From Lepidodermella squamata (Eukaryota > Animalia > Gastrotricha), in NCBI GenBank assembly GCA_047495785.1, contig JBLDXI010000042.1, forward strand, positions 2,790,001 through 2,854,000: a stretch of DNA of 64,000 bases. The letters are read 5' to 3'. The stretch's first letter is position 1. The number at the start of each line of letters is the position of its first letter. Positions 13,801 to 25,724 of this stretch are shown piece after piece. The notes below the pieces were generated by a model, which was not told the origin of the DNA, did no database searches, and was given only the letters and a program-made list of their open reading frames with translations. The position numbers and the translations under genes were made by a program.

Positions 13801-15279
13801 ATTTTTTTATTGTAATTGATGGGGATTGGTTTCAACTACAACCAGTTCAAAGGATTTCGTACGGAAATGAACGGTTTTGACGCCACAGCGATTTCCGCGA
13901 AAGTCACTTTTTTGGGGGTTCATAAATGGGTGTTTTTGCCTTGACTCTACGGCCACATTCTTGATCGGACTATCACTTTCTTTATTGGAAATGATAGAAC
14001 TGAGTCCATGTTATAAGCGTGTGAAATTTCTTGTTTACGAAAGCCACCGTTCAAAAATTATTCATGGTTTTCGGATGCATTTTTTCGGCATTCTGCTTTT
14101 GAATATTGCTACTTGCAAAGGCTGAAATCGTTGTTATGTTTTTTTCAATTTATTTCAGAGCAGCCTACAGAATTTCCCTAATTTCGAGCATTTGATCATA
14201 CGAGGCACGAACAGGTTTTGTTATCCGGAATGACGGCCATGGGTGGTATAGGTATGGAGCATGTAAACTAAGAAAAAAATGCATCCGAAAACCATGAATA
14301 ATTTTTGAACGGTGGCTTTCGTAAACAAGAAATTTCACACGCTTATAACATGGACTCAGTTCTATCATTTCCAATAAAGAAAGTGATAGTCCGATCAAGA
14401 ATGTGGCCGTAGAGTCAAGGCAAAAACACCCATTTTTGAACCCCCAAAAAAGTGACCTTCGCGGAAATCGCTGTGGCGTCAAAACCGTTCATTTCCGTAC
14501 GAAATCCTTTGAACTGGTTGTAGTTGAAACCAATCCCCATCAATTACAATAAAAAAATCGGAATTCCAAGATGAGCTATTTTGGGGATAGCGCGCGGAAA
14601 ACACCCTTGTTTTACATGTAAACATGTATGCGCCAGTTTCAAAAAGATCCGCCATAATTAAAATTTACGAAAATCGCCAAAAGAATTAAAACTTCAAGTT
14701 TCCAATTGGAGTTTCATCTCTGGTAACTCTATTCTCTATGGAATAAACGAAAGAGCCAAACAATGAAAACACACCGAAAAGAGGCACAGATTGATTCACC
14801 TGGGCCGTCACGTTAGGGACAGCACTATGCGTGCCAATTGCTGTCGGGCTCAGAGCTGAAACGTTGTTGATAGGACCTCCATCAGCACTTTGATCGACAA
14901 AACTTGATGCGACCGTACCTGATGCACTGGTAACGTTCACACTTGGCTGAGCAAAGTCGACCACAACGTCCATGAAATCCTCACTCATCAATGCCTGTCT
15001 GTTGCTGTCGCTTTCAACGGAGGCAGTCTGTGATTCTTCGATTTCTGTTGACAAGACTTCGACGACTTCGTTTTTATCGCCTTCCTCTGAAGAAGAAGAT
15101 TGATCGGGTAACAGTCTAAGATTAGGACCATATCCACGAGTATATCGATTGTCAAGTTCGAAAGGATTTGAACCAGAATCGTCTTCTTCGCATTCTTCGT
15201 CAGAACTGTTTGAGTAAGACCGCTTACGGTTACCGACGTCGTCGAATAAGCTAGATTCGTCGGAAGACGAAGAAAACAT
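10900..15279 (-). CDS. EnSpm/CACTA-type DDE transposase, 3 exons (15279-14775, 13588-13523, 13466-10900), ~1045 aa
   Basis: Motifs LRLNADGAP...SIWP, GDTPARSDALN...HN...CPDC, DPMHIGWEG, HSLGHL...HGS...SLFFSE, plus an upstream CxxC...C...C. The exons join in phase 1/1 into 3138 nt with no internal stop; acidic low-complexity N-terminus. Confidence 0.88.
13619..14740. mobile_element. Non-autonomous foldback element, probably P-element superfamily, nested in transposase intron 1
   Basis: ~467-bp inverted arms (13619-~14086 and ~14272-14740, about 3 substitutions seen) beginning CATAGAGAATAGAGTTACC; ~185-bp spacer; exact 8-bp TSD GAATAAAC (13611-13618, 14741-14748). Confidence 0.9.
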
Positions 15280-15470
15280 TATAATCCACTCGGATTGTGA
15301 ACAGATGTCACAATAAATAAGCAATCTAACAAACAAATATAAAAATAAGCTGCAGGTTAAACAGCTGGAATGGAAATGAGGTGTTCAAGCATAAAACCAA
15401 TACTGATTTGGCAGTTCTAGCTTCAATCAGCACTACAAGAGAACTAACAAACAGTTTTTTAAACGATACG

Positions 15471-15521
15471 CATAGAGAATAGAGTTACCTATATAGAGAA
15501 TAGGTAACTCTATTCTCTATG
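15471..15521. mobile_element. 51-bp remnant or excision footprint of the same foldback family
   Basis: CATAGAGAATAGAGTTACC + TATATAGAGAATA + GGTAACTCTATTCTCTATG, flanked by the 8-bp TSD ACGATACG (15463-15470, 15522-15529). Confidence 0.88.
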
Positions 15522-16004
15522 ACGATACGTTCATAAAAAGCTTTACTGCTTGGAGAATAAAGAAACACTTTTAAAGTAAAAATTTAAGGTGGAATTTTCA
15601 CTATCGAATTTTCGTATAATAAACATTGCAGATGTCTGGAAATATAAATTTGAAATGTTTGCGAATGACGTGGTGCCAAAATGACTTTAGGAACAGGCCA
15701 ACAAAAAAACAAAAAACATAAACTTTAAAATTCGCGCGAAAATATCGACAAAATTGCCACGTCAGCGGTCTAGGCTGCAAATAAAAATTTCATATTTAAA
15801 ACAAATTATATTATTAATATTGTTAGCTGGTTATTTTTACAATTTCGCTCAATAATAATTGCTTTTATTTTGCCGCATGACTTTACGCAACTTTCGGGTT
15901 ACGCAACGAAGATCAAGCTACGGATGTGGCTAGCGTTTTGCTCCCGGAGATGACTACTGGGGATTCGACCTTGCAGTCATGATCAGCGTTGAAATTGATA
16001 TCGT

Positions 16005-16307
16005 CCATGCATGATGCATTAAAGATGCATCACCACATCAAGAAGGAAGAATCTCTTATCAGAGTAAGATGCATCAAACTATAATGTAAGACACATCTTT
16101 GATTCATGTAAAGCACGAGTAAGACAAATCTACGTATCATGTACCATTCATCTTTTATGAGTCTTACATTACGGAGTAGGCATGTAAGATACATGTTGTC
16201 ATCATCTTTACCACTTGTCCGACATGCATCTTACATGGTGCAAAGATGAATCTTACATGATGTGACTACATCTACATGGCATCTACATGTTGTTAAGATT
16301 AGGACAG
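16005..16307. repeat. Right subterminal repeat array of the CACTA element
   Basis: Repeated GATGCATC, GTAAGA, TCTTACAT and CATCTACATG motifs mirroring the left end. Confidence 0.75.
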
Positions 16308-17075
16308 TTTTTTTCCTTGGGCCGCAAAACCGCGGACGGAGACGCGCGCGCAAACTTGCTCGGTCAGGGAAACTTGCTTTTTTGAAAATGCCAAATATTA
16401 GATGCGAGATTATTTATTGAGCTGGAATTATGAATACCTGATATTTTTATTAATAAAATTTCTGAAGGACAAATGAAGAAAGCCCGCTCATGTATTACGT
16501 AATCTGGTGGAAGTTCCAACATCAAAGAAGACAGGGAAACCGCAACGCTTCAAGGGACTTCAGGTAATATTCAGCTGCATTGCACGGTAAGATGATGCCA
16601 ATCACTTTGATCGCTTGCAGCTTTGGATTATTACAATTTACAATCGAATTATTTTTGACACTGAAACGAACAACAGAAACGAAACTTGCGAACCACTGAT
16701 TGCTCGTCTTGATCATATCAAAATCTTTTAAATTGTGGTTACACCACTTATGATGTCAAGACTTGTTTATGAGGCTTCTAGCCTGATTGATGACATGCTC
16801 GACGGTTCGTTACTATGTATAAATTCCCAGCAAAACTTTGCTCTTCCTTCTCTTTCTTCTCTTCCTTTGCATAATCCTGCCAACATCTAACGTACCTATA
16901 ACATGTTTCAGATGTCTCTCGGAATTATGATTTTGGAGCTGAAGCTTTCAAAGCTTAGAACCAATGTGAATCCGTGTGAAAACCAAATGTATATCTCAAT
17001 TTTATTCAGAATTATTCATGAAAATCACAGGAGAATGCCATGCGTTGAATTTTATTCAAAAATTATTATTCGGGC

Positions 17076-18131
17076 TCAAGCAGATGGTAAATGTTTTTTC
17101 ACAAGATCAGTGCTGTACAGCCATAGCCGCTCAGCCATAACTTCGTCGCGAGCACGAGACGGTGTGCTGATCTCCTTGGAGTTTCTAAAAAAATGAAAAA
17201 AAAAATGAAAAATGAGTGCAATTCAATAATTAAATTTACTGGAAAAATCGACCAGATTGGCCTTCCAGGCCAGGCTTTGTTGCGCAATAAACAAGCGGCT
17301 CAGCGCCTTGATCGAAAGTCTTGAACAGAAACTTTGGCAACGCTGACAGCAATGTCTTGAAGGCCGGGACTGTATTCCGACCTTTTGACGGGTCCATAAC
17401 ACCGGGATCAACAGAAAACGTGGAAATCTTGGCGTTTTCTCGCTTCATCCTCAAATGAACAGCTAACGTGTTAGCGAGAGTGATTGCCAATTTAGAGCGA
17501 ACGTAAGCTTGCAAGGGATTGTAACCCTGCGAGGGATCGTGAAATTGCATGCCATAAGGCGGCCAGCACAAATAGAAAGCTTTCGGATCCGCTACCGTGT
17601 TCACTATGCGACCACCGCCGGGTGATTTCTTCAGATTTTCAAGCAACAGATTTGTCAGCAAAAAATGGCCGAGGAAATTACTCTGGAAGGTAACTTCATA
17701 CCCATCTTCAGTTGTCAGCGCCTTCATTGGAGGCAAAATGCCGGCATTGTTGATAAGAACATCGACTTGAATAGAGGACTGATTGATTCCATCTGCGAAT
17801 TTTCGAACTGAGGAAAGCGAGGTGAGATCCATTTTACGGCACTCGAGCCGGCCGTTTTTAGCCGCATCTGGGTCGTTGATTTTCTGACTGATTTCAGCAA
17901 TAGCACGTTCTCCAGCGTTCAAATCTCGCACAGCTAAAATCACCTTCTTAGCACCGCGACGAGCAAGCTCAGTGGCCGTAGCTTTGCCTATACCACTACC
18001 GTTGCAAAAAAGAAATGACTAATAGAAACGGGAATATTCATGCTAATTTACCTATTCGATCCAGTAACGATAAATGTCCCAAGGCATCTCCGTCCAGTAG
18101 GCAAAATTACCGAGATTTTAGCAGAAAACAT
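17076..18131 (-). CDS. Short-chain dehydrogenase/reductase, RDH11/12/13-like (copy 1), 3 exons
   Basis: IVTGSNSGIGKATA (split by an intron), LINNAGI, FQSNFLGHFLLTNLLL, catalytic YVRSK, VDPG, C-terminal AERLW. Start codon is uncertain. Confidence 0.85.
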
Positions 18132-18341
18132 TCTAATAGTTGAAAATGAAGCCGAATGAATAAAATTTGGCAACTCGTTTTATCTGCGCACGCGATTGAA
18201 GAACCAAGCGGAACCAGATTTTTTTCTCATACAAAAATGAACCAGAAAAAGAGGACAGGATCACGTTGCGCACGTGAAATGTATTCAGGTTAAAAGAGAA
18301 CACAAAAATTGGCCTAGATTATATCGGAAATTGTGTAAAAA

Positions 18342-19584
18342 TTAGTGAAAGAAGTGAGGATAATGAGCCATAGATGAAGGATAATGGCCGTGTTTTTCCG
18401 TCAGTTCCTTGCTCAATTGCCACAACTGTTCAGCCATTTCATCATTGACCATCCGACCAGGGTTACATGCTCGGCTATTCCTAATTAAAATCAATGATAA
18501 AAATCACGATTTTTTACGATTGAAAAATTAATTACTGAATATAACTGCCCGAAAGATGTTCAATTTGCGGTTGATTGGCACAATAGACAACCTGCTCGCC
18601 TGGGAGCTTGAAAGCTGCTTTCAGTAATGGCTCAGCCACATTTTGGATAGGAAAGGGCAAGCGGTTAAACACATCGGGCCGAACAACACCCGGATCTACG
18701 GCGAAAGTGCTGATTTTTGAGCTGTTATTCGATTGGCTTATCGGTGATAACTTTTCGAGGCGTTTATTCAACGCATGCGTAAAAAGCATCATAGCTAATT
18801 TCGATTGAGCAAAAGCTTTTAAAGGCCCGTATTGCCCTTGCCCGAATTCGAAATTCGGGTCTGAAATTCGAAATCCAACCGGACAGATCATTTTTGTTGT
18901 AACATGAGAAGCGACGACATTGACAATTCGGCTCGGCGAAGATCGTGATAACAACTCTAACAAATTAATTGTCAGCAAAAAATGGCCCAGATAATTCGTC
19001 TGGAAAATCAATTCGTTCCCGTCGATTGTTGTAGAACGCCGAACTGTACCCATTGTCGAGGCGTTGTTAATTAAAACGTGAAGTTCGGGCTCATTTTTTG
19101 CGATTGCCTCGGAAAAGTCCCAAACTGAGTCGAGCGAGGCTAAATCGAGGCGTCTGACCGAAAATTGAGTCGCTGAATTTTCGTCATCCTGATTTAAATT
19201 CGACGAGGCTGTATCGAATTGTTCGAGATCGTAATGATCGATTTTAACGTAATTTCCTTCCTTGGCTTCTTCAGCGACGCGTTGGTGGTATAATCTCAGT
19301 TTCTCGCTCAGCTCCTGAGCCGCCCATTCACCTGAGTCGAGATTTCGGCAAGCTAAGATGATGCGCTTGGCGCCATTTTTCGCAAGTTCGAATGCTATTG
19401 CTTTAGCCTGGCCGCTATTACCGCCAGTTATTAGCACGGTTTTGCCATCGATGAATGGAGCAGCCGGGCCTCGTGGATGGCTGATTTTATTGGCGTTTTT
19501 AACGCGCTGTGACGCAGCTAATATGACCGATGAAACCTTTTTGTCGAGTAATTTTAGCGCCCGTGACAATGAAGATGAAGACAT
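18342..19584 (-). CDS. Short-chain dehydrogenase/reductase, RDH11/12/13-like (copy 2, atypical active site), 2 exons
   Basis: ITGGNSGQAKA, LINNAS, FQTNYLGHFLLT, FAQSK at the YxxxK position, VDPG; last exon ...MAEQLWQLS. Confidence 0.85.
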
Positions 19585-20564
19585 GCTGAAAAAAGTTCCT
19601 AAAATTTAGATTTTTGTAGTTTTAGGAGAAATTTGGAATAAAACCGCAAATAGAGCAATGATAGTAGAGCAATGAATTGCAAAATTAGGCGAATAATGTT
19701 AGCCTCGATTCAGACACAAAATATCTCTCCATTATGTAAACAAGTAAATAAAAATTGAGGAGAAAGGTGTTGACTATTACCTGGATTCGGACAAAATGAG
19801 CTTCGTTCTTAGGCGACTATCATTAAAAATTAATGCTATTTTTCAGAAAAATTGAGTAGAAATAGAGGAAGTGGGTTATGCGAAAATTGCTCCTTATCTC
19901 TTATCACTGATTAGTTAGGAAAAGAGCAGTGTTATGAATGGATGGATATATCGCAATGGGGTATAGAAGCACGCTGTAGGACGAATATACTGTACGTATA
20001 TAGAATATGTTTACTACCAGCTAGTATAATATACTATTGCCGTTCAGCGTTTTCATCCAGCAGAATAAACAAGCAAAAACATAAAAAGCATCGCGGCGTA
20101 ATTAAACACGCTGAAAGTTGCGGTACTGAATAAGGTGCCTAATTTGTGGGAGCGTGCTTGAAAATATATTCATCTCCGCCAGTGAGTAACTAATTAGGGC
20201 GTAAATTGAGCGTGAAGGACCAAAAATCAAGCAACATTGGAGAAGCTTTAGAAATATTTTTAAGGCATGTGAAGTATCTAAAGCATTATTGTGTAACAAA
20301 TTGTTAGGCTTCTCATGTGGTAACACCTGTTTTTAAGTTTTGGTACAATAGAATTGGTGTTATGGTTCGTGTCCATTTTATTAATATTATTGAGATAAGC
20401 TGTAACATTCGGCTGTAGTATCTTTCTAGGTATATCAAATTGATTTTAAATTCCTTTTAGAAGTGAGGATTTTTCAGTGACATTACACCGGCCTTATCAT
20501 TAGCATCCAGATTGTTTTCAGGATAACCCATAGTCTGTCAAAAATTTCTTAAGAATATAAAAAT

Positions 20565-22762
20565 TCAGTTTTTGGGCGATTCACTGGCTGCTAAGAGATC
20601 CAAAACAGCCTCTTGATTGCCACCTCTTGCTCTGTGGTAAGGTGTATGCCCATTCTTGTTCTGAATCGTGATCAACTCAGGCTTCGCTGTGATTAAAAAA
20701 TTGACGACTTTAACATGGCCATAAAACGAGGCGACATGAACAGCCATGTCTCCGAAAATACTGTCAGCCGCGTATAGATCCACTTCTTTCTTCGTGACTA
20801 GGAACTCTGTAACCGCTAGATTGCCTCGAACAGCGGCGTGAAGTAACGGGGTTCGGCTATATTTGGTACATTTCGCTTCCAGCCATTCAGGCTTGACATC
20901 CAATAAATAGTTGACAATTTCAACATTCCCAAAAGTCGCAGCTAAATGAATCGCCTTTGACCCTTGATCGCTGTCCCTGGCGTCCATGTTGACCTTCTTT
21001 TCCTTGACTAGAAAATCAACAACGGCCATTCGACTTTTCTGACAGGCTCGCATGAACGCAGTTCTCTCGAATCGCCCCCGCATTTCAGGATTAGCCCCGC
21101 ATTCATTGATGAGGTACTTCACGATGTTCAACTGACCATGAAAAGCTGCTGCGGTTAGGACTGTATCGTCATCTTTGTTCTTACGCTCTATCAGTAATTT
21201 TCGACCGTTTGGCGGTAAGTTCTCCGAGGCGAAAATCTCTTTGATGAACGGTAGATTTCCCGAAATAGCTGCGGCATGTAGGTGTTGGGCCAAGGTCGGG
21301 AGCTAAAACATTGATAATCACAAATCCAGGATATTATTTATCAAAAACAACCGTGGAACACTTCCAGCTTTCGTAGATGCCATTTCGCCAGTCGAGCACG
21401 GCTTTTTGAACTTGCTCCTCATGGAAAAATGACTTAATGCGTTCCTCATAAGGATCGTACAAAACCTTTTTCGCAGGGATCTGTTCAACTGAAAAAGAGA
21501 AAATTTGATTCCAGCAGTGAAATAATAAGCACTTACAGATTAGGACATCTATTATCGGGTCTTTGAGGTGACTAGGTATTCCTGTGTCGAATCTTATTAA
21601 ATCGACGTTGAACTTGTTCATTGACAGAAATTTATCCTCAATGAGAAGCTGATTCAGGGTGATGCGTTCATCGGGATTTTTCGGTGTTATCAGCCGCAAA
21701 ACTAAGGTTCGAAGCTCCATAGAATATTCGTTACTTGTTGAAACTGCGAGAGGGTAGTCCCTTAAAAGTATGAGCGAGATGTAACAAGCTAACATCAATG
21801 TCCAGAAAACTCACATTATTATGGCTGTCACCGAAGGAAACTGTAAATAACCTTAGCATTAGCAGATGGGTAGAGATTAACACCTAACTTACCGGAAGCC
21901 GAAGTTCCATAACATGGTACAAGGTTGCCCCAACTGCCCAAATATCTGATTTCGTACTGTGTTTCTCCCCGTTGAAAAGCTCAGGCGCCCAGTACATCAA
22001 ACTGTTAGCAGCTATCGAACCAGATCCTTCAACAACAATATCGCCCAATTTGATTACGCGTCGATTAGCAACCAGAAGAATGTTCTTAAAAAAATTGTTT
22101 CAGCTTTGAAAAAGTTCGAGGAAAGATCACTCACCCCTGGACGAATGTCTCGGTGTATCAAATCATGATCGTGGAGAAACTTGACGGCAGAAATTAGCTG
22201 CCGCATCCACAGTTGAATGTAGCGTTCGGCGAAGTGAGAGTTGGACATTTTTACTTCAGCTATCGCACTTTCCAGCGTGTGCAATCCATCGGCGTACTCG
22301 GTTAAGTGATAGTGAACCAGAGTGTTCAATCGGTCGATATCGATGCCTCCATAAGGCTCTGTAAAACGGTTTCAAAGAATGGTCCTGAGACACATGATTA
22401 AAAGCTACCTTCAAATGATTCGACGACTTTGAAGAGGTATGGATGGTTCAAAGCTTTGAGTTTGGCATGCTGAAAGAATCTGTGTGGCAAATTATAGCAA
22501 ATATAGAGCTAAGGCTAACCTGAATCTTGTACATTTCAGCTAGGGAAGCGTCAAGTTTTGCTAGGGATGACAAGTTAGCTTGCTTCAGCATGTAAATCTT
22601 CTCGTTAGTCACTGATCTCAATTGAACGATTGAGACCCCGAAAGACCCTGGTGGTAGTGGGGCAACTTGCCGCAGATCATCGACGAACAATGCCGATGAT
22701 ACGGGATGTTTATCCGGACTCTGTGGTCGCTTGATAATGTTAGGTTTAGATTTTCGGACCAT
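20565..22762 (-). CDS. Protein kinase (NEK-like) domain fused to C-terminal ankyrin repeats, multi-exon
   Basis: Spliced motifs PPGSFG, YMLK, LNHPYL, HRDIRPG|NILL, KLGDIV, YWAPE, KSDIWAVG, PDERIT; the last exon 20565-21302 has about 6 ankyrin repeats (TPLLHAA, AIHLAATFGN). Confidence 0.75.
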
Positions 22763-23329
22763 GTCTCTAGAATTTTTCTGCGAATGATCCAATCTGGGTT
22801 GACTTCATCGTTTTGTATGCAGGTAAATAGCACCCAAGAGAGTCTTGAATTATACGTCATGCGATTTAGTGTGCCCAGAGCTCAATGCGCATGTATATAT
22901 TTAAGGATTGAGTAGACATAACGATTGCAATGTCGGGGTAATACTTACACATCAGCGGACGAAGAATCAACGTAAGCTGGTGAACATTTTGGATTTTTTT
23001 GGTGCATGTGGACATTATTTAGAAACTTTTACCTTTAACCTTGTAAATGCGCTCGTGACATTTATTCCCGATTGAGTTTCATGACGAAAACCGTGACGTC
23101 GGGGCTGACGTAACAGGAGCCGTATCGAATATCGAGTATCGCCGAGCGGCTGTTTGAAGATCAAGATTGGTGATCTGCTGCCGCATGGAGGTCTAGGCGT
23201 CTTCTCGAAATTGTCCGCCTTTAGGTCCAATTTTGGCCCGGGCTGATCTAAATCCGGTTAGACTATCCATGCTGCACCAACAATTGTCGACTTAGGACCA
23301 GGCCGGGGTTCTTCGCAGATGAGTGCCTA

Positions 23330-23907
23330 TTTCGGCCTATTTCGAAACCAAGACTTTGCTAAACCTGAAGGTAAAGTCTCGCCACTGGTGACAACTAACC
23401 GCAAAGATGCTAATTTTGCGCCTGCATCGGGAAGATCAAGAAGAGCTTTGATCAGCGATGGTACCAGGGTAAGACTAGAAGAGCTTTGATCAGCGATGGT
23501 ACCAGGGTAAGACGCGTAGCTTGATGAGTCTGAACGGCACTAGCTATCAAATCGGCGACGCTTGTGTGCTTGCCGCCACTATTAACATCTAGGATCACAA
23601 CGCGCTGCAGACGAAGGGCGGCAGTCAGTACTTCAGTGTAGCTCTCAACCCAAAGCGTGTTCGTCCTCGCTAGGCACACGTCGGAGCCATATTCTCGGCG
23701 AACGGCAGCTCAGCCCATTGCCACCAGAAGATTCGCGTTTGATAAGGCGACTCCCTTCGGCATTCCGGTGCTGCCACTTGTGTACAACGTCAAAGCTGGC
23801 CGCTTGTCATTGGTGTTTGAAACCGCTGCTTCTTGATGGCCAGAAGAGAAAAATTCACCGCAATTGGACGTGACGACACAATCGCTATCAATAACCACAG
23901 TTGCCAA
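23330..23907 (-). pseudogene. Decayed ebony/NRPS-like adenylation-domain gene fragment
   Basis: LYTSGSTGMPKGV, then an in-frame TGA at 23710-23712, then ARTNTLWVESYTEVL, TRLTLVPSLIKALL, a frameshifting 38-bp tandem duplication (23439-23513), then LRLVVTSGETLPSGLA. Confidence 0.75.
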
Positions 23908-25724
23908 TTCCCAACCAGTTTCCTCCAGGAAACCTTGCTTACGATCTTCGCCCTATATTGTTTTGAAATTTTTGATACTTCTTCTGTGTCTTATAATACT
24001 TGCCGTAATAACCATTTTAGCTTTACAATGCTCTGGGATGTACTTTTTCACATCCAACGGTAGGGTCTCATCGAGTGGAACTTTCGAATGATAAGAACGT
24101 GGCGATTCTGGCAGTGCTTGGCCGAAGAAAAACAGCGACAGATTGATTTGATCGAGGCACGCCTAGCCTTTCGAATGCGGCCGCTAATCCGTGGATCATT
24201 TCTCTGTCAGCTGTTTGTAGCTGCGATCGTTAGGCTCGGTGATTTGTGGATTTTCGACAAGTGATCGATTTTCTGGCTTCGACATCTGCTGTTCGAACTC
24301 ACCATAACAAGTATGACTGGGAGATCTTGTCCATAAATGGATGATTCGACGCGAAAGCCATTGAGGTAGCTTTTCTCTACCTCTTTTCTCTTTTCTCTGC
24401 GAACGTAAGAAATAAAAAAAGAAACAAGATACAGACAGGGGAAATGAAAGGCTAATGTAGGTGGCATGTAGAATTTAAATTTTGTTCATAATTACTACGC
24501 TTCAATGCAATTTCGAAGCACAAAAAAATAGTGAAGTCTGAAATGAATATTACCTATATGACTCCGGTTTAGCCCCATCCATGGGATGGTTCGATTGGTT
24601 GGGAACGTGTAAAACTAGGCAATAAAAACTACGGGTCATTCTTTAACCCCAACCGCGTAACCTCGAATGACGATATATTTATACCTATAACATTTTTTTA
24701 AAGGAAATTCAGGGTGCAACCTGAGTGCAACTGACTGGTTGGATCTCGTCCGAAATTAGATCAAAATAGGGATTCAATCCTAGTCGCAGTTCCTATTATA
24801 ACAGGAATAAATCGGAATAAATAATTTTTAAACTCATAATAATTAATAATTATTCAAATATCATCAATCCGAAAAGTAGGTCAACGAAATCTTCCTTCGA
24901 AGTATAATCGGCCTATAGCTGGACTTTAACAATATTGGTGAGGTTTTCTGATGTGGGCCAATCCTCAATTCGATCTGACCGATTTATGATTCTGACTTTT
25001 AGCTAAAATCGGATACCCTTATATTTATTTCTTTCAAACAGGTTCCTTTTCATGCTTCTTTTTTTCTTAGCAGACTGGTTTTCATGGAAGTCAGCATTCA
25101 GCCATAAACCTACAAGAACCGACCCGAGTGGTTTTTTTTTTAATTTCCCATATTTTGACATAATAAATCAGAAGACAGTCACTGGCTTGAATAATTTTAC
25201 TTCGGCGATGTGAAAACTATTAGGCATGCGGTTTATGGGCGTTTCAATCAAGTTTATTTTTCGGCTTTTTCCCAGCCCAATCTATCGCTCCACGCAAACT
25301 GCAAATTTAGCGCAACCCGTGCGCTCGTTTAAAAGCATTCAACTCGGTGAAAAATAATAAAAATAATAATTGTCTCTCCGATAAAACTGCAGCCCTGAAA
25401 ACAGCTTACTGTCACGATATACGATATAAAGCCGGCTGGAATTATATCACACTTTTATACCTATTTTCCCGTCAAAACTTTGAGGAATAGCTGCGATGTT
25501 ATGGCTATGATACATCAGGAAGATGATGACGATCTTAAACCCGTGCCAAGTTTTATCCTTCAGCTTATCTTACGTACCGGTATAATACCAACAAAGCGTA
25601 ACCTATCCTATTGTATTTCAATTTTCAGAGTTGCGGAAGTGGTTGTAGTATTTTTTTAATTTACTAAAAAAAATTGAATTTTTGTCGCACTCGAGGTTTT
25701 TATAAACTGTGAGTACTTCTTCTT

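Larger units (their letters stand above)
8356..16321 (-). mobile_element. Full-length CACTA/EnSpm (CMC superfamily) DNA transposon, ~8 kb
   Basis: 14-bp TIR CCCAAGGAAAAAAA at 8356 and its reverse complement ending at 16321; 2-bp direct flank CC/CC (8354-8355, 16322-16323); subterminal repeat arrays at both ends; encodes an EnSpm-type transposase and a second gene. Confidence 0.9.

Noticed and set aside
13877-14482. Two near-identical ORFs (MTPQRFPR...) on opposite strands
   Set aside because: They are the mirror arms of the foldback inverted repeat, start at TTG and have no protein motif; not genes.
24130-24300. Possible LINE remnant (ISGRIRKARRA) upstream of the A-domain pseudogene
   Set aside because: Too short and degenerate to support without a search.
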